In this document: positions 14,186-30,222 of the stretch, piece by piece
How the letters are laid out: each line of letters begins with the position of its first letter
How positions within the stretch are numbered: position 1 is the first letter of the stretch
From: Eledone cirrhosa
Taxonomy: Eukaryota
Assembly (NCBI GenBank): GCA_964016885.1
Contig: OZ024740.1
Coordinates: 149,916,001 to 149,980,000, forward strand
Reading direction: 5' to 3'
Length of the DNA: 64,000 nucleotides
Notes under the pieces: model-generated
Seen by the model: the letters and a program-made list of their open reading frames with translations, nothing else
Told to the model about the DNA's origin: nothing
Database searches by the model: none
Program-made: the position numbers and the translations under genes

Positions 14186-14269
14186 CCTTTTAAACATGGA
14201 TCGTATAAGAGATAAAGAACTGATACAATTCCAAATAAAGATCCAAATTAGTAATATGCTGACTTTCAT
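14186..14269 (-). CDS. Candidate signal-peptide exon of the deacetylase gene
   Basis: MKVSILLIWIFIWNCISSLSLIRSMFKR then GT; same strand, upstream; phase 0 donor does not match the phase 1 acceptor directly. Confidence 0.4.
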
Positions 14270-15109
14270 CTTTTCTTCTATTTGTAATACACAACATTTG
14301 TCTTCATTACGTCTGTTAGTTATTATCATGCAGTATCTTAATTCAAATTTTATGGTGACTACAATGGTTTTTGAACTGCTTATTGTAAGATATAAGAAAA
14401 TAATTTCACTCACCTATTGGTATCGACAGAGATAAAGTGCTGAAACAAATGAGAATGAGCAGAAAACAGCATATGTTTTCTGCGGAGTGTCCCATCATTT
14501 TTCTTGAACAGAATATTCTTCTTACTAAATAGATGCGAGCGCTCTTTCTGCAAGAAACAATCAAATTTGTTTATTTTATATCGTTCGATGGTGTGAACAT
14601 GTGTGTATGTAAACACATTGTGCGTATAAAAGGAATGCACATAGATAATTTGCATATTATAATTTCTTATAGGCGTACATAAGTATGCAAGAATGTTTCT
14701 ACTTACTACGGGTTCTGATATATTCCGGATATTATGAGTGCTTAAGTTGTTTACATCAAATAACGATTTGCTGCCCAGATCCGTCAACGCAGTATGATTG
14801 GATAGCGAGGTAAATTTCTCGTCATATCAACTTAGTAAATATTTTTGACACAGAAAGTCGTGTCTGTACAAGAACTCTATTCTAAAAGACATCTGATACT
14901 TTCGGTTAAAATATTACCCGTTCTGACAAGTAAACATACTTTTGCACACATTTCAGTTTGTCGACGTGATCTTCATAATTAATTTAAAACAGTTTCAAAC
15001 GATTGACGCATCTGCTTCACAAAATTGCAACAATGGCATACATTGATATCTGTTGACATCAAATGCTTATAATGTTTATTTTCGGTTCTTTTACTGAACT
15101 TTTCCGCCA

Positions 15110-15355
15110 ATTATTTTTGTTGTTGTTCTTGTTGTTATTGTTGTTGTTATTATTCTTGTGGTGGTGGTGGTGGTGGTGGTGTGTCATGATAATAAGTACA
15201 TATACATCGCTTCTGTATTTGAATTGTATTGTGTTGATTTTTTTTAAACTTTATTTAGATGTTTTGTGTTTGTGTATCAGATCGTATAGAACCATTACAA
15301 ACAAAACAATAATATGAACCGAAATACATGCAAATTTAATGGAAAAATTAGCGTT

Positions 15356-15405
<50 letters not shown>

Positions 15406-15470
15406 GAGCAACAGCAACAACAACAACGGCAACAACAATAGCAACTGCAGCAACAGTAACAACAATAATA
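15110..15470. repeat. (TTG)/(TGG) and (AAC) trinucleotide microsatellites
   Basis: Direct reading. Confidence 0.85.
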
Positions 15471-16507
15471 CAGTTTTGCACATTTCGTGTGGCAAATGCC
15501 GCGTCCAATAAAGAAATTTGGAACATGGACAAAATCCAGTGGAAGAAAGTAGTCTAATAGTGGGAAAAAAGAAAGATAACATGGTTCTATTTGTCCTCAA
15601 AAGACAAATTGAAGAAAGCTCTGATCGATGTGTGGGAGAATATCATTTTCATCAAGTGAGGCAAGACAATCAGTACTGTATGTTTTGTCTTCAGCATAGA
15701 GAGCGAGACAAATTGCCAATCTGCTAGTGCAATGCACAGGCGTCCAAACGTTGTCCATGGGCCACCAGCACATTGTTGTGCATTGTTGGCAGGTGACATT
15801 ACGGAGTTGATGAGAAAGGATATGTAGTCAGGGAGGGTTAGCATGTACTTGCAAGTCCATGATCAATTTTTGAAGCCACAATAGCACGATGTCATTCAGA
15901 AGCTACGCCCAATAGTGGGGGCAAACACAAATGCAATGAAACTGTTGATGTAGAACGTTCTAATAGTACCACCAGTCGAAGTTCTGGAAAAATACGCAGA
16001 GATCGCATCCTCCACGGTCACAGAAGCATGTGATACCAAACGTCTTACCCCATTCACTTGCGGGGATGGGGAGTAGCTGGAGGATAGGGTGTTGGTGAAG
16101 GCTGGAGAGGAGCAGTACATCTTTTCAAGGACCAGAAAAAAAGGAAGGAAAACAGAAAAGGCTCGATGAGCGAATACAAAAGGTATATAAAACACAAGAA
16201 GAAAAACCTCACTCCGTGGATGAAGGTGAAGTTCGGCTTTTAATGACTGAAATTCCAGGCATAGATATTAATTAAAGTATCTTTTGGGGTTGCTTAGAAT
16301 ACTCTTGTAAGCTTCGACCATAATCAAAAGACACATGCATCAAAGGTACCCCATCAGCTGTACCCCAAAATGGTGGTTAAACAAAGAGTATATTGAAATG
16401 ATATATAGCTAATGGGAATGTTATATATTTAAATATGGTCCACTGGACAATATTGAGGGGTATAAATATACAAGTGAATGATAAAGGTGCTTAACCAGAT
16501 CTCTCTC

Positions 16508-19140
<2,633 letters not shown>

Positions 19141-20346
19141 ATACTAATGTAGATTTATACCTTATTTTTTTTAGTAACATTAGTATCATTGCACTCTTCT
19201 TACATCCCCCTTCTGATCCCTTCGATTATGATTACAATCTATTATAACCACCCATTCACATTTAGGCATCTTATTATTTTATTATTTTATTATTTTATTA
19301 TATTATTTTTAATAAGCCCCACTTATATTTGTATTTATTTTTGCTAATATTATACTATATATTAACCATTGCCTCGCTCTCTATTTTTTTAGTGGTAGTA
19401 TATTTTCAATACTTATATGATTTATTGAATAATTAATTAACTAGTATAATTCTTTATCCTTTAATATTATTTAATATATTATGTATATAATTTGTTTAAT
19501 AATACATAGCATTTTAATATACATTGATAAGTTATTCTATTTGTATTTTGTAAATATATTATTTTTTAAATAATTCTTTAGTTCTATAACCATTAGCCCT
19601 AAATACATTTTCTAAGTCGTTACATCTTGACATAATAAATATTTGTATTCCATTTAATAATTTGTAACTCTCTTATAAAATGTCTTATATGAATTACCTC
19701 CCTTTTATTTTCTAATTAGCATTAACCGTCAGTTAAGGATAAAATATACCCATATATTGAAGAACGGGGAGAGGGAGAGAATGGAAGAAAGAGAGTCTAA
19801 AGAATAAGATGAGAAATGAGAGGGGCACAAAGAAAGAGAGAGAGAGCAAGAGAAAGGGAGAGAGAAAGAGAGAGAGAGAGAAGAGAAAAGAAGAGGAGTG
19901 GAGAAAAGCGGGAATGATATGGATGGAGCAAAATATTTTTGGAGAATTGCGAAAGATAAAACATGATGGAGAAAAAATAAAGTATGTAAACTGAGAAATA
20001 CAGAGCTATAGCATCGTGATGACCTCTTCAGCTTCGTTTTAGATCCACAAAGTTTCGCTCGGAAAAAAGGAAGTACCATGTATATAAGGCTAGCCCACGC
20101 AACAGAACCAAAATGTCAATCCTCTCCTTCTCTCCGTTCTTCCGATCAATTTGTGGTTGTATTTCAACCCTGCTTTTTGCTATGCCCATAACAATCAGGT
20201 ATTCACACCTATCCCCGTGCTGAGATTCCTACTGTTTTATAAAAATTCATATACACTCATCGCTTCAAATCTTTTCAATTATTGTTTACACACGCACACA
20301 CACACATACACACACATATATAAAAAAAATTATAATTTTGAAGAAT

Positions 20347-20610
20347 AGTCAGACAAAATTTATCCAATTTTCCTCTCCTAAGTCCGTAGAAATCAACCAG
20401 ATAAATAATCTATTAAACGGAGCTAAATTTAAAATGTAACTTCGAAGAAATGACAGATAAATGTTATCCATTTTCCCCTGTGATGAACAGTCAGACAAAA
20501 TTTACCTAGTCTTTCCTGTTAGTCCGTAGAAATTAACTAGAGAAATAACCAATTAAACGGAGCTAAATCTAAAATGTAAGTTTGAAGAAAAAATATAGAC
20601 AAACATTACC
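20347..20610 (+). repeat. Diverged tandem duplication, ~140 bp period
   Basis: agtcagacaaaattta...agtccgtagaaat...attaaacggagctaaat at 20347 and 20489. Confidence 0.75.
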
Positions 20611-20884
20611 AAAAATTCTTCCAATCCCGATTATCGGTAGTTTCGCACGTACTTTGTGGATATGTCTAATCGTTGCATTATCCATGAAACTCCGAGCTTT
20701 TCAAGAGCCTCCCCCAGTTAGGACCAAGTTTCTAAAATGATCGCAGTCAGTAACGAATTCAAAAGGGATGAGAAAAATCACATGGCTAGCGGCTAAGATA
20801 GAGGTGTTGTGAAGGGTAGGCCAGTGGCGAGTAGGTTCATTGCTAGAAGAAGCAGTTAGTTACCGTCGAAAGTTTACTCAACCG

Positions 20885-20989
20885 TAAATGTAAGTATGCA
20901 CACGTACACACACATATATACATATATACATATATACATATAACCCCCCCCCCCCCCCACATATATATATATATATATATATACATACG

Positions 20990-21029
<40 letters not shown>

Positions 21030-21037
21030 CACATACG

Positions 21038-21080
<43 letters not shown>

Positions 21081-21688
21081 GCACTCACATATACATATAC
21101 ATATGTACGTATGGGTTATATCGAACATTAATAACAATGTTCGATTCGTTTGTAAACAAACGGCCCGGTTTGAAGCTGTGCCGTGCTGGTGACCGATCGT
21201 CACCTGTTTGTTCAACACTGGCATTGAGGAACAATCAACATGTTTCTGGGTCATTACCCTTCACCAGGACTGTATACCTCTCTACCAGTCTGTTGAACGG
21301 TTGAAACTATGTATTATTTTCTTAAGTACACATCGGCTGAGTAACCTCATTTGCATACCGAGCGAGTTATTGCTGCCCTTGCTGAATATCAAAAATAGAA
21401 TTAAAATTTTACTTCTCGCCCTAGCACAGCTGATTCATAAATGTAAGAAAATATTATATATATTCAACCGTTCAACAGACTAGCAGAGATCTGGATATAC
21501 AGTCCTGAAGAAGGGTAATGACCCAGAAAGATGCATGTTGATTGTTCCTCAAAGCCAGTGTTGAACAAATAGGTGACGATCGGTCACCGACATGGCACAA
21601 ATTCAAATCGGGCCGTTTGTTTACGAACGAATCGAACATTATTATTAATGTTCGATATAACCCATACGTACATATGTATATGTATATA

Positions 21689-21733
<45 letters not shown>

Positions 21734-21860
21734 ATGTGTATATATATATCCGTGTGTGTGTATATATATATATATGGGTGGGGTGGGGGGGTACGTATGC
21801 ATACTTACATTTATGTATCAGCTGTACTAGGGCGACAAATAAAATTCTAGTTTTATTATA
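20885..21860. mobile_element. Fold-back non-coding element with a hammerhead in each arm
   Basis: 20885-21305 inverted to 21463-21813; shares tttgtaaacaaac and gtttgttcaacactg blocks with the 8590 element. Confidence 0.85.
21500..21544 (+). ncRNA. Type I hammerhead (mirror copy 21232-21272, minus strand)
   Basis: CAGTC-CTGAAGA-AGGGT-AATG-ACCCA-GAAA-GATGCATG-TT-GATTG; mirror copy has CTGGTGA and GAAA-CATG-TT. Confidence 0.75.
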
Positions 21861-21986
21861 TTATTTCCTTACCTTATAAAATTATATGTTTTTTCACAAA
21901 AAAGTATTCTGTCTCTTATATATTCCATGTGCCATTACCAACCTCAATTTTCTCTATAACCTTCGTTTTGTGTAGTAAATTACACT

Positions 21987-22059
<73 letters not shown>

Positions 22060-22062
<3 letters not shown>

Positions 22063-22908
22063 GTCAGTCTAAAATCTTTTCCTGAGTCCAACCATTTTCG
22101 TTGCTATGGCAATGCGGCTGGACTGCCGATCACTATATTTGATTTGCAAAGCTGTCTAAACGTATTGTTATTACTCTGGGGTACTATTCCCTATCGAGTG
22201 CTAAAGCTTCATACCGAATTTGCATTCGTTAGCTAGGCCGCAACCTAAAGCTTCGTTAATGCTGTACTAAAATTTGTATTTTAACTCCTAAAATTAACGA
22301 TTAACTGATTAATTTAATTAGACAATTCTATTGATTGATTAATTGTTTATGTTTGTTTGATAACTTCTGGTTGAGTGCTTAATTCGGTTTGTTTAAGGGA
22401 ATTCCATTCCTTTGTCTCAAATTTCGAATTCACCGCCAAAAGAGAAAACCACGTGTCTATAGCGAAATTTACTGCTAGAACACACCCGCAGAGGCTAAAG
22501 AACACAAGACTTGTTGAAGAAGTAAATCCTTTGTTCTGTCGTCAAAGACCATTAACTTGCAGACCCCTGCAAGCGGAATTAGTCGATCTCGGATTTACAG
22601 AAACCTAGCGTGGATATTGTGTGTTGTATGTGATGTATATCGTATGCTATACGATATGCATTATATGTTGCATTCGGTCTCCGCGCTATGTCCAGGTCAG
22701 TCTAAAATCTTTTCCTGAGTCCCACCATTTTCGTTGCTATGGCAATGCGGCTGGACTGCCGATCGCTATATTTGATTTGCAAAGCTGTCTAAACGTATTG
22801 TTATTACTCTGGGGTACTATTCCCTATCGAATGCTAAAGCTTCATACCGAATTTGCATTCGTTAGCTTGGCCGCAACCTAAAGCTTCGTTAATGCTGTAC
22901 TAAAATTT
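22060..22908 (+). mobile_element. Retrozyme-like non-coding element: 633-nt unit plus 216-nt direct repeat, in (TA)n
   Basis: 22060-22275 matches 22693-22908 (4 mismatches seen); both copies start CAGGTC at the predicted HHR cleavage site. Confidence 0.85.
22508..22698 (+). ncRNA. Large type I hammerhead with extended stems II and III
   Basis: Stem I GACTTG/CAGGTC; core TTGAAGA 22514-22520; stem II GTAAATCC/GGATTTAC; GAAA 22600-22603; stem III TAGCGTGGA/TCCGCGCTA plus long G-U-rich hairpin; GUC at 22690-22692. Confidence 0.8.
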
Positions 22909-22924
22909 ATATATATATATATAA

Positions 22925-23800
22925 ATGTTTCATTATTTACATGGACAAGATTGACATGCGCAGCTTTGTTGGAAGTAGTATAACTACTGGCGGGCGTAAA
23001 ATCAGTCGGCTGGAATTTGCAGACGACATGTTGTTACTCAACTCGACAGAAGATGATCTTCGACTTGCATTTGATAGGTTTGATGCTGAGTACTGTATGG
23101 CTGGAATGAAAATTAGTGCTGCGAAAACTGGGAACACGTCCTGTAGTGCATGCTACATGTGAATGGGGTTCCACTGAAGCAGGTAGAGAAGATCAAGTAC
23201 CTCGGGGCTGTGTACACGGGTGATGGAAGGGAGGAGGCTGAATTAAGTGCAAGATTTGCTAAAGCTGGTGCTGTAAAACGCTAGCTTCACCATCAGTCAA
23301 TCAGAAAAGGGAGGCAAGTGTAAAAGCCAAACTCACTGTCTTCAATTCGGTTTTCATGCCAACCCTTACCTATAGTCATGAATATTGGGAAATACCGAAA
23401 GAATACGATCGTGAATACAGGCAGCCGAAATGGGATTCTTGCGAAGGGTCTTTGGAATAACATTACTCGATTAAGTGCGTTGCTCGAAGATTAGAGAGTC
23501 ACTCCAGGTAAAGCTGCTACTTCTCCGAATTGAGAGATCACAGCTCCGATAATAGGGGCATGTGGTTAGAATGTGTCAGGAAATAATCGCTGGACAGATT
23601 TTATGGGCAAAACCAACAAGTAGGAGACCCAGGAGTAGACCACGAGCAAGATGGTTGGATAAACCCATGCACTTTGCTGGTCACGCTTTGGGATCCAGCC
23701 GGATCAGTTGGAGACGGTTGCTTCTGACAGGACCCGCTGGAAAGAGTGCTTGAGGACTCTGCCCCACGACCCTCTCAGCAATACGTGGACGAAGAAAAGA
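22925..23800 (+). mobile_element. RTE-clade LINE 3' fragment
   Basis: LEFADDMLLL, KYLG, IQAAEMGFLRRV, RRPRSRPRARW; same family as 62031-64000. Confidence 0.85.
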
Positions 23801-23804
23801 AGAT

Positions 23805-25045
23805 ATATTCTTGTTTGACCGCAAACGGTTCCGATGACCAATGTTCCAGTTGTTCGACCAACACAACAGCCTACTCGTAAAATTTACGTGCAGTGGCTGC
23901 GCATTCAGTCTCAAGAAACCCATTGTCGTGTACCAACCTGCCCCTGGTAAGCAGAACAATGAACCAAATATCTATGTGTATGGTAAATGACTTGGAGTGG
24001 CTGATCAGTTTGTCTATCTGGGATGCACTGTCAATCGATACAGCAATCCTAATGAAATTCCACAGAGGATTAGGAAAGCAAGTGATGCTTTCGGAAAGCT
24101 AGAAAGGTGCCCCTGGGGTATGCGAAACATATGCAAGAAAACATAGTTAAAGGTGTAAAAGGCATGTGTGCTCTCTTCTCTTCATGCCTGCGAGACCTGG
24201 GTCACATATCTACACCACCTTAAATAGTTGGAACTTTTCCATCAGATGTGTCTCAGACGGATCCATGGCGTTCACTGGAGGGACCACATCAGTGATGTCG
24301 AAATTTTGGAAAGCTCTTTTTTTTAAAGCATAGTTCTTGTGCTTAAGCAACGATTCCGATGGAGTGGTCACCTTGCCAGGATGGGGGTTCTAGGATAACA
24401 AAACAACTATTATGGAGAGTTAGTTAACGGAAAACAACCTCCACATAAATCAAAAAAGAGGTATAAGGATTCGTTGAAAGTCTTCTTGAAAGACGCTAAT
24501 GTCTCCGCTGATACATTAGAAAGCGTAGCTGCTGATCGTAATAAATGGAGAAAGACAGTACATGAGGGGAAAGTTGCTTTTGAAGCATGTCGAATTGCAT
24601 ACGAGAAAGTAAAAAGGGATGTCAGGAAAGGCATTGCTGTTACATTTCAGACAGCAAAGGTCATCCTATGCCGCTGACATGCAGCGTCTGTGCGTGACTC
24701 TACCTCAGCAAAGCTGGACTCAAATGCCATCTTCGCAGTCATACAATGAGACCATTGGTTGACTGGCAGGCTTCTGCCGGAGATGCTACTCATCATACCT
24801 GTCAAGCATGTGGAAAAGTGTGTAGATCAGCAGGAGGGCTCAAACGACATGCAAAAGTATATGACGACCAGCCACGGCCAGCTATTGCCAGTGAATGCCA
24901 ACTCTGTGCAAGACATTTTAAATCATTGGCTGGGCTAAAAACCATATTCGATAGCAGCACTGCTAATTATTGTGTGTGTGTGTGTTTTCTTTATTGTGCA
25001 ATGGCCATACTCGATAACGAGGAGGCAGCCATCATGTATGCATGT
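23805..25045 (+). mobile_element. RTE/BovB-like LINE 3' fragment
   Basis: Degenerate HACETW, FRWSGHLARM, QLLYGEL, KRYKDSLK, DRNKWR, C2H2-like tail; ends gcagccatcatgtatg. Confidence 0.8.
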
Positions 25046-25506
25046 ATGACTATATAATTTATGGGACATTTAATCAATTTTGACTTTTCAAAAATTTGCT
25101 GGCACTATATATAACATAACTTAGAAACCAGTTTTAAGAAAGCATGAAAAGAAAAAAATATTTAAAATAGTTTTTTCTTAAATATCTATTATCAGGAACA
25201 TGCAGCAAATGGCAGGATGTCCTGCAGCCCTTCCCTGTGTAACTAACAACCTTATCTACTCCAAGTGTTTACTATCCTTGAATCTAAAAGGCATTATTCA
25301 GCCACTACAGTATTTGAAATTATAATGACTATCACTATACTAATACACGTTTAACTGGAGAAAAACAAACACTAAGACATTTAGGTTTTTGTTTACAGAA
25401 TTCAAGCCGATCCCCAATAAAGTGACTAAACATTTGTTTGTGTCAAGAAAGTTCCTGTAATTTTGCAACGAGGTGTGCACTTTGCACTCATAATATGAAT
25501 AGACTT

Positions 25507-26878
<1,372 letters not shown>

Positions 26879-28277
26879 ATATATATATATATATATCTTT
26901 TTTTTAGTATATGTTGGTTGTATACCAACACCTCAGTATGCAGATTGGAGCACGCGACGAAGTGCGCAGGTTGGTTTGGTTCCTGCGGAGTAAAGTAAAT
27001 TAAAATAAAATAAATGAGTCAAATGTTTAAAATTTGGCTTCGTTTATTACTTCTATATATATTTCGGTGACAGCCATCTTTGGTTGTGACCTCTTCAGGC
27101 AGTCCGAATTAGTGTGGTATAGACAAGTACACATGTTGTTGAGGTGTAAAACTTTGTCAATACTCTGATATGCCCAGTTCCTGGTTGGGTTGTTATTTCA
27201 CTGAGGAACTGGAATCATATGAATGTTAACGCCAAGTCAAACCACCCTAGATCCATAACCAAGGCAGTGGTGAAGAGTGTTTCGGACAGGATCTCCAGCC
27301 TGTCCGCAAGTAAGGAAATATTCGATAACAACGGGGAATATTACAACGCAGCTCTAAATAATTTGGCACATAGCCAAAATATAACATATAGTCAGAAACG
27401 CCGGGATGGGGATGGCCCAACGGACACCCACACCCGCGTTGCCCGGGGGGGGGGCCTAACAATGCAGGCAGAGTAGGAAACAAATAGGCACCACGAGCCC
27501 GACACCACCACACGGGCGTTGGTGACGAGTACGCTTAACCATGTGATGAAACCAAATATGAGTAGCAGTCTCAGGGGTGATGCTAACAACCCCAGGCCCG
27601 ACGACCCCGACCGCAGGACACGTGGGGGAGGGGGGAATGGGGGAACACCCCACGGTAGATCTCCCAGCACGGGCAACGACCACCCCACAGATTCGGGCCG
27701 TGAAGATAGCAAAACCCATAGCGCCCAAAGGGGAAGCAACAATGCGGGAACCACCAGCAACCCAACAAATCTCCAACAACTCACGACGCCCCGATCCACA
27801 CATATAGGAGGAGACACAGAAAAATCACGTGGTACAACCCTCCCTACTCAGCGGCCCTAAAGAATAGCTTGGCCCGATCATTCTTTGGACCACTTGATAA
27901 ATGCTTCCCGAGGAACCATAGATACCACAGGATCTTCAACAGACACACTGTGAAGATCTCGTATTCCCCCACGAGAAATCTGGCCCAACATATAGCTAGC
28001 ATCAACAGGAGTAGGCTTAAAAACCACACACAACCAGAAGATGGCAATACAAGCACTCAGCAGAACCATGTGAAAGGAGGGAAGGGGGAACTCCCCTCAA
28101 GCCATAGGGACCAACCCAGGCTGAGCAGACACCATGAAAGCCTAGAGATTGATTCTGACACAGCCATTATAATTTAGCCAACATCTTTATAACACACACA
28201 CATTTTAATTTATTTGATTTTTGATTTTTCAATTTTCAATTTTTCGATTTTGATTTCTCATTATTAATTTGTTATAA

Positions 28278-28490
28278 AGGGCGGTGGATTGACAGTATCG
28301 GTAGAGGGTCGGATGCCATGCTTTCCAGCATAGTTACGTCCCTTTACGATCTGAGTTCAAATCCCGCCGAGGTTGACTTTGCCTTTCATCCTTACGGGGT
28401 CAATAAAATAAAGTACCAGTAATACACTGGGTTTTTGCTGGCCTTCTGCCTAAAGTAGAAACAATTATTAATTTGTTATTTTTTTTCTGT
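28278..28490 (+). mobile_element. tRNA-derived SINE with target-site duplication
   Basis: B-box gagttcaaatccc; ttattaatttgttat on both sides. Confidence 0.85.
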
Positions 28491-29502
28491 TTTCTTCACT
28501 TTATCACCTTAATATTTAAGTTGAGATTGGTTATAACACAAACACATTTTATTTGATTATCCTATTTCGTTTTATTCTTTTACCATCTTGTTCCTCATAC
28601 CAATCTATCTAACATATTTCTGACCTTGAGATTGGTTATAGCACACACACTATCTTATTTTATTTGAATCTTCATTTTATTTTCACTTTTCATTCCCATT
28701 TTTCAGTACTTTTTCATTAATTTTTCATTTATTCTTTATTCTCTATATATTATTTATTTTCTGTTTTCTTCATTTTATTGCCTTCTATTTCTTCATATAC
28801 ATGGCAGAACCCCCCCCCCCCCACTACCACCACCACCAAAACGGGAGATGGTGGCAGGAGGGATGAAGAAACACACACACAGATACTTCTAAATTGTCAG
28901 CAGCAGCAAGATATAAGCTGACCACAACACCAGCAACACTACCAAAATAAGGGTAGAGGTCAGATGTACTTAACAATAGCAAACACTACAGGGAGCCCCA
29001 CCCCAGAAAGAATTTCTATAGACTTTGGACTGAGGAATGCTCTCAAAACTGACCAATGGGAAGTTTGACCTTACAAATTTTTATAACATCGAGATGGGTA
29101 TAACACACACACAGATTTTATTCGATTATTTTATTTTATTTTGTTCCTTTACCATCTTATTCCTTCTCCCACTTTGTCACTTTTTTTTTTAGCTAACTCC
29201 AACAATGACAACACTACCAACACAAGAATAGAGGTCAGATGTACCTCACAATAACAAGAACAACAAGTACAGATTGGCTTGCCTCAGAACGAATTTCTAT
29301 AGACTTTTGACTGAGGAATGTTCTAACAACTGACCAATGAGAGGAGAAGAGGCCCTTTGACGCTGAAATTCGTTTGTTTGAATTCATATGACTCCAGTTC
29401 CTCAGTGAAATAACAACCCAACCAGGAACTGGGCATATCAGAATATTGAGAAAGTTATACACCTCAACAACCTGTGTATTTGTCTATACCACACTAATTC
29501 GG

Positions 29503-29557
29503 ACTGCCTGAAGAGGTCACAGCCAAAGATGGCTGTCACCGAAATATATATAGCAGT
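29503..29557 (+). ncRNA. Minimal type I hammerhead (mirror copy 27049-27103, minus strand)
   Basis: ACTGC-CTGAAGA-GGTCACAGCCA-AAGA-TGGCTGTCACC-GAAA-TATATA-TA-GCAGT then AATAAA. Confidence 0.9.
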
Positions 29558-29598
29558 AATAAACGAAGCCAAATTTTAAACATTTGACTTATTTATTT

Positions 29599-29636
<38 letters not shown>

Positions 29637-29639
<3 letters not shown>

Positions 29640-30060
29640 AACAAGTAAGACCCCGACGGCTGAGCTCAAGCCGTTTCGACGGCTAATTCTGTACTGAATG
29701 AAAAATTAATTCTGGTATTTAAATAGCCGAACTTATCAAGGGGTAATTCCATATATGGTCAAAGAGATAATCACCAGGATTGGTCTAATCACAAGTTAGT
29801 AGTAAATCTGTGATGGCAAGTTGGTGGGGGAAGGGGTAGCTAAACCTGCCAGTAGGAGAAAAGGGGAGAGGGGGTGGAGTAGACCCATTCATGCGTTGGT
29901 AGTGCCAGCTACAGCTGGGTGTGAGGTCAAAGAGGATACTGGGGAGGGGGAGGGGGAGGAGGTCGAAACGGTAAGTAGAACAATGAAAGGTAAAACTGTA
30001 AAAGGTACTGAGAGAGAAAAAAAAATATAAGCAAAATCTGGTTACTAAGACTTAAGTCTC
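29637..30060 (-). mobile_element. PLE pseudo-LTR/tail, homologous to 1382-1860
   Basis: Colinear similarity; flanked by (TA)n. Confidence 0.7.
29650..29744 (-). ncRNA. Type I hammerhead, U3-A8 core, stable stem III
   Basis: ACCCC-TTGATAA-G..CGGCTA...TAGCCG.C-GAAA-CGGCT-TGAGCTC-AGCCG-TC-GGGGT. Confidence 0.8.
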
Positions 30061-30132
30061 TCGCTATTGCTAGGCTGAAGAAATACATAAATAAATAAAT
30101 AAACAAATAAGTGAATAAAAGAATAGATAAAT

Positions 30133-30222
<90 letters not shown>

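Larger units (their letters stand above)
27001..29605 (+). mobile_element. 5'-truncated PLE with ~224-bp inverted terminal copies of its 3' end
   Basis: 27001-27224 inverted to 29382-29605; internal SNHPRSITK..SDRISSLS, WYNPP, IFNRHTVKISYS PLE motifs. Confidence 0.85.

Noticed and set aside
15251-15600. Poly-Asn/Thr/Leu/Val ORFs
   Set aside because: Frames of an (AAC)n microsatellite
15620-16200. Possible CCHC/RHD remnant of an RLE retrotransposon
   Set aside because: Needs several stops and frameshifts; too degraded to call
20840-20885. Hammerhead-like TAGAAGA...GAAAGTTTACTC
   Set aside because: Core and stems I/II too degenerate to support
22060-22908. LTR retrotransposon or TRIM interpretation of the direct repeats
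   Set aside because: No TG...CA ends, primer-binding site or polypurine tract; the repeat start coincides with the HHR cleavage site
28278-28375. tRNA gene
   Set aside because: A/B boxes run into a dispersed SINE body with a TSD
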